From Porphyridium purpureum (taxonomy: Eukaryota), in the NCBI GenBank assembly GCA_008690995.1, contig VRMN01000012.1, positions 186,001 to 250,000 of the forward strand: a stretch of DNA of 64,000 nucleotides. Reading direction: 5' to 3'. A program made the translations under genes and the position numbers. This document shows, in pieces, positions 55,165 to 64,000 of this stretch. The notes under the pieces are model-generated. The model was not told where the DNA came from and did no database searches. It saw only the letters and a list, made by a program, of their open reading frames with translations. Position 1 is the first letter of the stretch. Each line of letters opens with the position of its first letter.

Positions 55165-58100
55165 CTACAAGAGCTTGCGACATGACGGCGCACTGCATCG
55201 ACACAAGGTGACCTTGCTCGAGTCACTTTCAGCCGACAGCTTGTAGTCGTATGTCACTTCGTCGCCCGGTAGGATATCCTGCTTTGCAAAGATGCCGATG
55301 ACCTGCTTTTTGCCGTTCGGCGCCTTGGGGTCCTTGTCGAGCGTCAGAATGCGCGCATCGCAGTTGGGCTCGCACGAGTGGTTGATGAAACGCGCCTCAT
55401 TACCCTTCATGGTCGCGTCCACAACGCTCTTGTGGTCGATGCGGAACATGTAGTGCCCGATTCCGCGGTACTCGTACTGGAGCTCGCGATGGTCGGTGAG
55501 CTCGGACCGGATCAGCTCGCCTGCATATTCGATCAGAAGCTCACCGGCGTGGTACATCTCTTTGCAAAACACGCCGTAACCCTGGATTTTGGAATGCTGC
55601 ACCTCGAGCTTTTCCTTCCAGGTGCGCGACTTTTGCAAGTTGCGGTAGCGCATGCCGTCCGACAGGTAGGCACCCGCGCCAGCACTGCTCATCGCCGGAT
55701 TCAAATAGCGCTTCTTCTTCGCATACGTAAGCGCTTTGAGCTTGTTCATCATCGCACGAGGCTCGCCATAGTCATCCGAGCCGTAAAACCCGCCTGTCGC
55801 TTTGACAATATCGTATCGCAGCGAACCGGGTTCCAGGTCAGCAAGCTCCTCCACGCGCAGCTTCATGGGTGCGGCAAATTTGACATTCGTTTGCGCGCGA
55901 CTGCGGTGTGAGTACTTATCGTCCACCGGTCCGGCACGCGCCGCGGCGTATGGATTGTAATTCACATAACTGCCATGCACGCGCTTCAGCTCTGTCTCAT
56001 CAAAGCAGACATACTCATACCCGGAAAACACACGAGAGCTCGGCATCCATTCGAGACACGTCCGCACCCAAGCCGTGTCCAACCCGAAAAACGAGTATCC
56101 CGCTGATCCGTACCCCAGAATTGTCAAGCGCTCAGTAGGCTCCTGTGATCGGACAGGGATATCCGGTACTCCCGAAACATTGGAAGCGCCACCGTTTGTT
56201 CGGAAGCGCTCGCGGACCCGGGAGCGCGGCGGAGGAGACGCATCGCTTCCAGTATTGTTCTCAAGTTTTTGTGAATTCCGATGCAAGCTTGCGCTTTTCT
56301 GGATATTTGTCGCAGACGCTCCGGTCCGGTCATCCGTTGATACATACATTGAGGCGACTCGCAATTGTTCGGTCTGTCTCGTGCACGCCGCACTCGCTTT
56401 CTGAGCAACTTTCAGTGGCCGTGCGTGCCGCATTACGTCAAGCTCGTGCTTAAACGCGTCCCAGGCCTCTTCTGCGGTTGGCTTCTCGATCTGCCACTCC
56501 GCGTGTCCACTGATGCAAGTCAGCTGGAAAATCGGTCCGTCCAGTACGCGCATCAAGTACGTCACACGGTGCCCAACTTGCCACAGACTCCAGTGCCGCC
56601 GCGCAGCGATATATCCGGTTGGTACAAGCACTACAGGCGGCTGGTTGTCCTGCGAGACAGTCTCTTTTCGCCAGAGGTCTCTCAGAGCCTCGTGCGTGAC
56701 GTGCGACAAATGCCCACACTCCAGCACACCAAGTGCGCCAATGCGGCCATGAAAGGGTACCTTAATCTCCTCCACGCGAAGCGTGTCATTGTGGTTGGAC
56801 GGCAGCATTCCCTTGACGCTCGATATCAACAGCGGATTCGTGACATCTTTTCTTTCCCTGTTCGATAGCGACACGGAGGCAGCCGCCGAGGCAGAAGTCA
56901 CCACAATACACCGTTGAGCATCACCAAGGCAAACGTCATCCAGTAGATTCTGAACCTGCTTTTCGCTTCGCTCGTGCGGCGGTAGGCAACACATGAAGAC
57001 CACTCCGGAGCGCCCGTTGCTGCCGGAGCCTTCTGCCTTAAAAAAGTTACCACCTTCGACCGCGAGAGCACATGGAAAATGATATATTGCCTTGCACTTG
57101 TCCATGGCACAAATGACAGACGCGCCCATGCCTCTCTTCGGAGACGAAGGACAATTCGCGTCGTTCCGACTGATTGAGCGCGGGCATGCGGGTAGACTAC
57201 ACTTTGTACGAGATGCCTGGTCAATAACCGCATCCATTCTGTAAATGTCACCTGTCCGCATCACCAGCGCTCCGTCGCTCCACACTGCACAATTCATGTG
57301 CACCCATGTCGGATTTGTCGCACCCGTCGACTTGCTCCGATCACTGCCCAAGCCCGCTGGCAGCAATCGACCCAGGCGGTCTTCATGGTCGCCGCCTCCG
57401 CACAGAGCACATTCCCGAGTATCCGGAAAGAGCTCTTCACACTCTTCTTCTCCTTCTTCTTGTTCCTTTTCCTCTACCTCCCCGTCCTTGCCATGCACCG
57501 CTGGGAGGGCCAGCATCGATTGTGAATCAGCAAAAGGCACATCAGATTCTGCACGCTCATCATCTGTTCCAAGCCCTTCAATTTTGGCGTCCACAAAGCT
57601 TTGATCATCTTCGTCAATGACTTGGATCAAACGGTTCGCCAGTGACTTTGAGCGCGCACGCCGAGAAGATCGAGACGGTGACGTTAGTGGAGGCGCCTGG
57701 TGCGAACGTACAATGTCGTCCTCTTCCGCAGCCTTAACGACGGAGGCCTCCAGAGCGACCTCTTCCTCCATGGACGCCGCATACACGCCGTCTTGGCCCA
57801 GCAAAATGCATGCGTCGCAAAGTCGCATTCCAGCAGAACTTGCGTTCGCGTTTGCGAAACCACATCCATTCCCACTGTCCGACATTGGTGACGACGCCAC
57901 AACTGTCGCACTGGCAGCGCTCGTATAGCCGATACCCTTCATGATCCGGGCTGACTTTCTGCAACATGCAATGTGATACCACCGTCTGCAAGACTGGCAA
58001 CAGAACGCTGGCTTGGCATTGCCTGGATGGGGCGAGCTCGCCCCACCATTTCCGCCTTCCATGCTTGCGGCTGCCCCAGAGCCATTTGTCTGAGCTTCGC

Positions 58101-61100
58101 ATATCGATAGGCATCCAAAGCAAGATCCGCATGTGCGGCAGTCACGGCACTGCCATGGCAAGTACTGATTCCCGACTAGCCCGGCGCGAGAACGGTACAC
58201 CGCCGCCCATGTGCGCGGAATAATCACATCACCTCCTGCGGAAGCATCCGCTCGAAAGTCACCTCCTTCTTCCTCGGCCAAACAAGACAAATGATACACT
58301 TCGGCGCATTCGGAGCACGCAGCAGACACCTCTGGCAAACACGATGAGCCGCAGTCGCGGCACAAATCCGTGCGCATTGCCATCTGTTGCAGTAGCGTGA
58401 AGAGGCTTTCACGCATTTCTACATCACCTGTGTCTTCTAAGGATTTGTGACTTTTGGCGCCTCGATCGGATTCCGTCAGGTCTGTGAGCTGACGATCTGA
58501 GGGCAGCGCCCTCCATTTCTTTCGCCGCTTACCAGACAGCTCCCTGCACAGTGTGAAACTCGCATTCCTAAGCCACGTGAACTCAAATCCTATGTGATGG
58601 TTCAGCTCCAGCGGTCGCTGGCGTTCGACATCACGCCCGGCAAGCATGGCGAGTGAAAGAGAAATCTTCTTTCGCGGCCTAATTTGTAGCCCGAGCGCAT
58701 CATCATATACCAATTGCAAGCATGAACCGTCTGCATTACTTGTCGCGCTACGATTGCGACATCTACCGCAAGCCCACTGCAGCTTTTTCATAGACTTTGT
58801 GATTTTCTGAAACCCGTCTTCAGAAAGCCCCGAGCAGGCTTGATGCACCCACTTGTTGCACTCATCGCAGTGAACGAAGCCTTCGCCATCATCATTATTC
58901 CATAACAAGTTGCACACCGGGCACCACTCACCCTTCACTGCATACCGAACAGCGCATTCAAAACAGCTTGTAAACGCGTCCATCATGATCAGCGCATCGT
59001 TAAATCCTCCCGCGCCGCAGTGCCGGCAAATCGCACACGCAGGGCATTTAAAGTCGTCTTTGAAGTGTTCTCTGGCGGCGTCCAGGTCACCCAGCTCATA
59101 CACATCCACCAACGTGGCAAACTCCTTGTGCGCATGCACTGCTTCTATCATGGCGTCAAACTCAAGCTCCACGCAGGCCGGATGCGCCCGCCTGGTACAC
59201 GCACATGAGCGCTTCGCATCACAACTCGAGACCCCGGCCTGTTCTGCCTTGATTTGTCCTTGTCTCGTCAAAGTCGGTCCCAAAGTCTTTCCTTGACACT
59301 GAATCAATTCGCGGCTTGCACCCGCAGAATGTTCGTCTTCACGAGCTGCGCGATCCACATCATGAGCTTCCTGCACGTGAAGCGGGCTTCTGGAGGATGA
59401 TGCAAGTACAATTTCGTAGTCAAAGTCGCTCGTGGCGAGCGATGGAGACTCGGGATGCGATGTGGGCTGTTCTCTCGGTTCAGAGGACGTACAACAGATG
59501 GCGCAATCTGCGCATGTGTCGCACTGCCACCCATACAGAGAAGCGGGGTATGCGCGAGTGAGCGCATCCATGGTTATCATGGTGCGCGCAAAGACGCGTG
59601 ATTTCGCTGCGCATGCGAGATGGTAAGGTGCCGCACACTTTGAACATACCAGTGGCACGCGGTCCAACAAAGCACGTTCATAGAAGTCAAATTCCGTTTC
59701 ATCGCTATCAAGAAGCTCACCATCGTCTGCGTCCTTTTGGTATCGTTGCAGCTCCATGTACGGATCAAAAAAAGCGCCGCCACAACCTCGTCCAGCGCAG
59801 GTGTCGGCCGTCAGAAGTGGAGAGAGCAATGAGACTTGCGCAGACGAAAGCCGCTGGAATTGTTCTTTCCGTCGTCCGCTCCGTATTACCAAGCTGCTGG
59901 TTTGTGTTAGCGCTACCTTTGACCAGCACACGCGGTGCTCTGGACATAAGAACGTCATCTTTTCGTCGATCCTGGCGGGTAAATACACGCCAGCCTTTGC
60001 TGCCAGCCTTGCAACTCTTCCGTCACTTAAACCAACAAAGCCAGCGGCGATGGCGCACGGTGCGTGCATTCGAACAGTGCAGTCACGGCAGTCGCAGGAC
60101 ACGCCGGCACCAGGTAGACCGCAGAATGAGCACGCGTTGCCACTTGCTAGAGCCTGGATCCGACAAATACTTGTCATGCTGGACAAATTTCCGCAGCACC
60201 CACTCATTACGGCACAAATGACATGCACGTAGAACGTGTGTACAATGGCAGTGCCACGTAAGGCGTCCTCCTCGTCGTAGCCGAACGGGCCGGTCGGACG
60301 CAACTCATTCCACAGAGACACGCGGTGGCAGAGCACACAAGCTGGCGCTGATTTTGGCCTCGCTGTGCTCGCGGCGGCGTTTGAGCTGTTTCCGATGCCC
60401 TTGGACGACTTTTGTGTACTACTCACGTGGTTGGCATTCTCCAGCGGGATCATATCAAAGCTCCCGTCTGCCGACGAACTCGACCCGACACGATCGCTAG
60501 TCTGCGACAGCCGTTTCTCGAGCCCATTTGCTCTCACTTCATCATTTGGAGAGTTTAATTCCAGTAGCTCGACATGATTTGAACCAGAACTGATGCGCTC
60601 AGCGAAAAGGACGCCAATTTCCTTGCGCGTGCCGCCGTCGTCCGAGCCGACCCGTGTGGCTATCAACGGCTTATCCAAGGCAGGTAGCGCCGATTCCCAA
60701 AGCAGCGCGCGCGCATTTTGCAGCACCCGTGTAAAGTATCTTTCGTGTCCGTCTGTAAGACAAGAGCACGACTTACGATGCTCTTGCCGTCCTGCCTCTG
60801 CTTTGAGGGCAGTTGCCTGAGAAAATTGCGACTGCGCCACGCCAGCATTCGCTAGCCTCTTCTTCCTCATTTCCATGATTTCAGAGAACATCACAAGGAC
60901 TGGCAGTGCCTCGACTCGGCACACGACGTCTACGCGAGTCGCACTGTCTTGACGTGCACCTGGCGCCAAAACCTCATCATCGCGCGCCGCATACACAGGC
61001 GTGCCTGCATTAGGTGAGTCTGTGCGCTTCTTTTTGGAACCTCTCGAATCCTCGTTGCCACTTGAGCTAACCTGCTCAAGCCCTACTGCGACCAGATCCT

Positions 61101-61416
61101 CGTGCAGACCGGGCAGCCCGCTCGCCGCATCACTGCGTTGCCCATCCTCCTGTACCTGAACCTGCACCACGAGCACGTTCTCGCGGCGCAGCCAATCCCG
61201 CATCTTCAGCCAGCAGCGCTCATCCACGCACCCCGGCGGCGGAGCACGCAACACCGCACACCGCTCACCCTGTCGCACCTGCATACTCACCAACCACCCG
61301 GTCCCCACCTGCTCCGCATGCCACGGCGGCAACGGCAACGGCAGCGCCGTCGGCGCCGTCTCATCGGTGTGCGCAGCAAGCTTCCGCTTCCCAGACACCA
61401 ACATCCTCAGTCGCAT
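55165..61416 (-). CDS. Trithorax/MLL (KMT2)-like histone H3K4 methyltransferase
   Basis: Extended PHD and several PHD fingers, FYRN (PTGYIAARRHWS), FYRC-like (GYSFFGL), Win-like NPYAAARAG, SET (IEYAGELI, ARFINHSCEPNC, EVTYDY) and post-SET CRCSAPSCRK. Probable ATG at 61416 or 61404. Confidence 0.92.
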   Translation of the reverse strand: MRLRMLVSGKRKLAAHTDETAPTALPLPLPPWHAEQVGTGWLVSMQVRQGERCAVLRAPPPGCVDERCWLKMRDWLRRENVLVVQVQVQEDGQRSDAASGLPGLHEDLVAVGLEQVSSSGNEDSRGSKKKRTDSPNAGTPVYAARDDEVLAPGARQDSATRVDVVCRVEALPVLVMFSEIMEMRKKRLANAGVAQSQFSQATALKAEAGRQEHRKSCSCLTDGHERYFTRVLQNARALLWESALPALDKPLIATRVGSDDGGTRKEIGVLFAERISSGSNHVELLELNSPNDEVRANGLEKRLSQTSDRVGSSSSADGSFDMIPLENANHVSSTQKSSKGIGNSSNAAASTARPKSAPACVLCHRVSLWNELRPTGPFGYDEEDALRGTAIVHTFYVHVICAVMSGCCGNLSSMTSICRIQALASGNACSFCGLPGAGVSCDCRDCTVRMHAPCAIAAGFVGLSDGRVARLAAKAGVYLPARIDEKMTFLCPEHRVCWSKVALTQTSSLVIRSGRRKEQFQRLSSAQVSLLSPLLTADTCAGRGCGGAFFDPYMELQRYQKDADDGELLDSDETEFDFYERALLDRVPLVCSKCAAPYHLACAAKSRVFARTMITMDALTRAYPASLYGWQCDTCADCAICCTSSEPREQPTSHPESPSLATSDFDYEIVLASSSRSPLHVQEAHDVDRAAREDEHSAGASRELIQCQGKTLGPTLTRQGQIKAEQAGVSSCDAKRSCACTRRAHPACVELEFDAMIEAVHAHKEFATLVDVYELGDLDAAREHFKDDFKCPACAICRHCGAGGFNDALIMMDAFTSCFECAVRYAVKGEWCPVCNLLWNNDDGEGFVHCDECNKWVHQACSGLSEDGFQKITKSMKKLQWACGRCRNRSATSNADGSCLQLVYDDALGLQIRPRKKISLSLAMLAGRDVERQRPLELNHHIGFEFTWLRNASFTLCRELSGKRRKKWRALPSDRQLTDLTESDRGAKSHKSLEDTGDVEMRESLFTLLQQMAMRTDLCRDCGSSCLPEVSAACSECAEVYHLSCLAEEEGGDFRADASAGGDVIIPRTWAAVYRSRAGLVGNQYLPWQCRDCRTCGSCFGCLSICEAQTNGSGAAASMEGGNGGASSPHPGNAKPAFCCQSCRRWYHIACCRKSARIMKGIGYTSAASATVVASSPMSDSGNGCGFANANASSAGMRLCDACILLGQDGVYAASMEEEVALEASVVKAAEEDDIVRSHQAPPLTSPSRSSRRARSKSLANRLIQVIDEDDQSFVDAKIEGLGTDDERAESDVPFADSQSMLALPAVHGKDGEVEEKEQEEGEEECEELFPDTRECALCGGGDHEDRLGRLLPAGLGSDRSKSTGATNPTWVHMNCAVWSDGALVMRTGDIYRMDAVIDQASRTKCSLPACPRSISRNDANCPSSPKRGMGASVICAMDKCKAIYHFPCALAVEGGNFFKAEGSGSNGRSGVVFMCCLPPHERSEKQVQNLLDDVCLGDAQRCIVVTSASAAASVSLSNRERKDVTNPLLISSVKGMLPSNHNDTLRVEEIKVPFHGRIGALGVLECGHLSHVTHEALRDLWRKETVSQDNQPPVVLVPTGYIAARRHWSLWQVGHRVTYLMRVLDGPIFQLTCISGHAEWQIEKPTAEEAWDAFKHELDVMRHARPLKVAQKASAACTRQTEQLRVASMYVSTDDRTGASATNIQKSASLHRNSQKLENNTGSDASPPPRSRVRERFRTNGGASNVSGVPDIPVRSQEPTERLTILGYGSAGYSFFGLDTAWVRTCLEWMPSSRVFSGYEYVCFDETELKRVHGSYVNYNPYAAARAGPVDDKYSHRSRAQTNVKFAAPMKLRVEELADLEPGSLRYDIVKATGGFYGSDDYGEPRAMMNKLKALTYAKKKRYLNPAMSSAGAGAYLSDGMRYRNLQKSRTWKEKLEVQHSKIQGYGVFCKEMYHAGELLIEYAGELIRSELTDHRELQYEYRGIGHYMFRIDHKSVVDATMKGNEARFINHSCEPNCDARILTLDKDPKAPNGKKQVIGIFAKQDILPGDEVTYDYKLSAESDSSKVTLCRCSAPSCRKLL

Positions 61417-61595
61417 GAAACCGCGCGCGTGCGCGGCGGCTGTTGCGGGGCCTTCCGGCACGTGCGCAGCCACGCTCTCACACCCCACACCCGCCTCACG
61501 ACCGCGCCAGATCCCTCCTCTCTCCCTCCTCTCTCCCTCTCTTTCTTCTCCCCCCCCACGCGCACACGCCAAAAACCAAAAAACGTTTAATGGAG

Positions 61596-61604
61596 AAACC
61601 CTAA
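61596..61604 (+). promoter_or_regulatory. Telo-box-like motif AAACCCTAA
   Basis: Exact match ~180 bp upstream of the KMT2-like gene start. Function is inferred. Confidence 0.4.
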
Positions 61605-61723
61605 TCGATAAGTTCATACTAAAACAGGCGCTTTTACATATGAACTGCGCCGAAATCTGCCGCAGCGCGCGCGCAACAAGGATTCACTGTACACCCTTCG
61701 ATTGGACAACTGTACACTACCCA

Positions 61724-61851
61724 GGTTATCGGGTTATCGGGTTATCGGGTTATCGGGTTATCGGGTTATCGGGTTATCGGGTTATCGGGTTATCGGGTTA
61801 TCGGGTTATCGGGTTATCGGGTTATCGGGTTATCGGGTTATCGGGTTATCG
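61724..61851. repeat. Perfect 8-bp tandem array GGTTATCG x16 (permutation TTATCGGG)
   Basis: Read directly; 128 bp. Confidence 0.98.
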
Positions 61852-61985
61852 GGTAACGAGTGGGCTCAGCTGTGTGGTGTTGAGTGCAAAGGGGAGAAAA
61901 GGAAAGTGAGGAGCGTGATGGCTTGAGCCGAGTCTGTTCGGTACGGCGGTGATCGCTTTCACGGCTTGACAGGCGTATCCAAGTG

Positions 61986-63100
61986 TTATATTGTGTTCCT
62001 GCAGTGGGTTTGCCTTTTGCGGCTGAACGTGATTGCTAACAACGCTGATAGCTGATAGTACAGAACGGTCTTCACATTCAGATTCCTGGCAATCTCGTAA
62101 TATAGAGACACTGATATTTGTGGGAGATCAAACAGCCCCGGACCTGCGGTGAATACCGCGTCTTGCTGAACCAACAACCAAATTCCATTTTGCCAGAAAT
62201 ATTCCTTTTCGATACCACTCCAGCACCAATTCTTGCAACGCAACCTAGACAAACAGGCTTGAAGATTGTAGTTCTGGTCAAGGCTGGCAAGATGAGCCCC
62301 TCGCGGCTGCACCAGTTGCTTGAATAGCGCCGCGGCGCCGACCGGGACCACCCTACTTGTCGCGTAGTGATGAGGCAGTGACGCTCGTGTTCCGGTGACC
62401 AGTTGCGCATTTCTACATCTTGTTAAGCTGTGCGAACAACAACCGCACGCGACCGCTGCTTGCGTGACGGAAAGTTTCTGCTCAGCATTTGGGAGTCGGG
62501 ATAACTGATGATGCGCAAGAAAAATCAACACGTCATTGGTATTGAATATCGAGGCTATTTCACGCGACTTGCACAAAGTTTCTTGACACCTGCTAGCTTT
62601 GCAACCTCCTCACCAGTGCTTCCTTGCTCGTGACGCGAAATTGACCAATGCGTGGCAGGATGTTTATACCCTTCGCGCTCTCGCGAGTCTGCCAGAAGCA
62701 AACGAGCCCCGAGAAGGGGAACTCGTGCGGAGCACTCGAATGCTCGTAGCGTTTTCCTAAGAGGCAGCATGAGTACGTAGCATTCTTGCCAAAACTAAAC
62801 CATTTCATGATGGGCAGCGGTATGTATGAAACAATATTTTGCAGATGCATGCTGCAATTCTTTCCGAAAAGCAAACCTCCTCCCAGAAACTTCACAAAGA
62901 TATTCGTGCGTTCAGAGGAGATGGATACGGTCTGAGGCGCAGTTGCTCTCCTACACCAGTTTCTTGGCCATCACCTACTTTGGGAAAATTCAGATGGTAT
63001 TGATCCAGACGGAGATAACTTTCGATCTAGAACTGGTTGATCTTGATACGTTGTGCGTAAACTTGCAGAAAGCTAGAGAAAGGATTTCGTTGGCCGCTTG
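61986..63100 (-). pseudogene. Possible decayed helical-repeat gene
   Basis: Minus-strand ORF fragments with Leu/Phe-rich helical text (FDLPQISVSLYYEIARNL) interrupted by stops. No firm family assignment. Confidence 0.25.
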
Positions 63101-63539
63101 GGAGCCTCCGGCTTTGCGCAATGTGACGCGAAAAGGACGCAACTGAATTGCAAGGGAGCCAAGCGATTGCCGTGATACCCAGTCGTGGATAGCGCGCCGT
63201 CACGCCAGACGTGAGAAAGCGCCGGCTTCTTACTTGGCAACCAAGCCTCAGTACAAGTAAAGGATTATGCATGGATACGTATGAATTATGGAAAGGAAAC
63301 ACGGCGGCGAATGTAGCCGAGTCGGCTCCTACGGGGTTAAGAAAACTTGGGAAACAAGTCAAAGCAGGATCGATAAAACTCTGGGGAGGGAGCCTGCTCG
63401 TCCCAGCACACGCACGTTCGCGCACAGCTTTCCTAAACGGTTCAATGGCTCATAACCGATAAAAAGTGTGGAACCGCGCGGAGCGCACCCCGATGGCGGG
63501 AGAGGAAGAGTAAGAGAGCGAAGCACGGAGAGAGGAGCA

Positions 63540-64000
63540 ATGGGGCCGAATCGAAGCGCTGGAGCTCTGTTATCGAGTATACGTCGGCGCTACGTTGGCT
63601 TACAGGACGTGGGCTTGCGATCGGCGGTGCTGGGGGTGACGGAACGGAGGAAAAGCGCGTCGATGGCAGTGGATGCGTGTGTGTTGGAACCATGGTTTGG
63701 GCTCGGGATCGTCAGGTCTGTGTTGTCGGCGGCTGCAGCGGCTGCAGTGGCCACGGTGGTGGTGCGGACGCAGCAGGTGGCGCACGCAGATGATCAGAAT
63801 AGTGGCATTCGCCCGATGCGGCGCAGCACGAGCGTGTATGCGTGTGGACTGAATTTATCCGGGCAGCTCGGTAATGGAAGTGATCGCGTAGCCGCGAGTC
63901 CTGTGCCACTGACAGATTTGTCCAGTGATATGATTGTCAAGGTCGCCGCAGGTAATCATTCGAGCGCGGCTGTTTCGGGCGACGGGCGCCTCTTCACTTG
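63540..64000 (+). CDS. RCC1-repeat protein, 5' part (runs off the window), with a mitochondrial-type presequence
   Basis: Manual translation: MGPNRSAGALLSSIRRRY...SVYACGLNLSGQLGNGSDRVAASPVPL..IVKVAAGNHSSAAVSGDGRLFT. Absent from the ORF track because there is no stop in the window. Confidence 0.88.
   Translation, partial: MGPNRSAGALLSSIRRRYVGLQDVGLRSAVLGVTERRKSASMAVDACVLEPWFGLGIVRSVLSAAAAAAVATVVVRTQQVAHADDQNSGIRPMRRSTSVYACGLNLSGQLGNGSDRVAASPVPLTDLSSDMIVKVAAGNHSSAAVSGDGRLFT

Noticed and set aside
61367..61926. ORFs with GYRVIGLS repeats
   Set aside because: Translation artefact of the 8-bp array.

Overview
Eukaryotic nuclear DNA from a compact, almost intron-free genome. Gene content and targeting signals suggest a unicellular red alga (Porphyridium-like); this is inference. 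The window has two zones. Bases 1 to ~13.7 kb contain no intact host gene I can identify: a shattered ~2.4 kb ORF of unknown family, a Tc1/Tc3 (DD34E) transposon copy with one TIR, a second decayed Tc3-like fragment and a clean 308-bp solo LTR with a 5-bp TSD. From ~13.9 kb to the end there are about 19 tightly packed single-exon genes: PP2C with a huge SP-rich insert, TLC protein, TSET subunit TWD40-2/TTRAY-like, a pseudo-ATPase Ycf45-like fusion, an OPR/HPR helical-repeat protein, a secreted SP/TP-rich protein, hemerythrin-like and Tim17-like proteins, a PH-CAMK kinase, a ~3000-aa DDT-PHD-bromo-Tudor protein, a bacterial-type glycosyltransferase, cyanobacterial-type TilS, a PNRC/Edc1-like protein, an Rpa14-like ORF, mitochondrial-type rps12, a trithorax/KMT2-like SET protein and a partial RCC1 protein. 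Three signals stand out. (1) The rps12 stop is followed after only 9 nt, in frame, by the ATG of the Rpa14-like ORF, a candidate bicistronic or readthrough locus. (2) A recurring CTGTAC/GGTTATCGG intergenic module has parts that are locally amplified into 8-11 bp tandem arrays, one of them telomere-like (TTATCGGG x16). (3) rps12 and tilS look like organelle-to-nucleus transfers. All family calls come from motif recognition by eye, not database searches.
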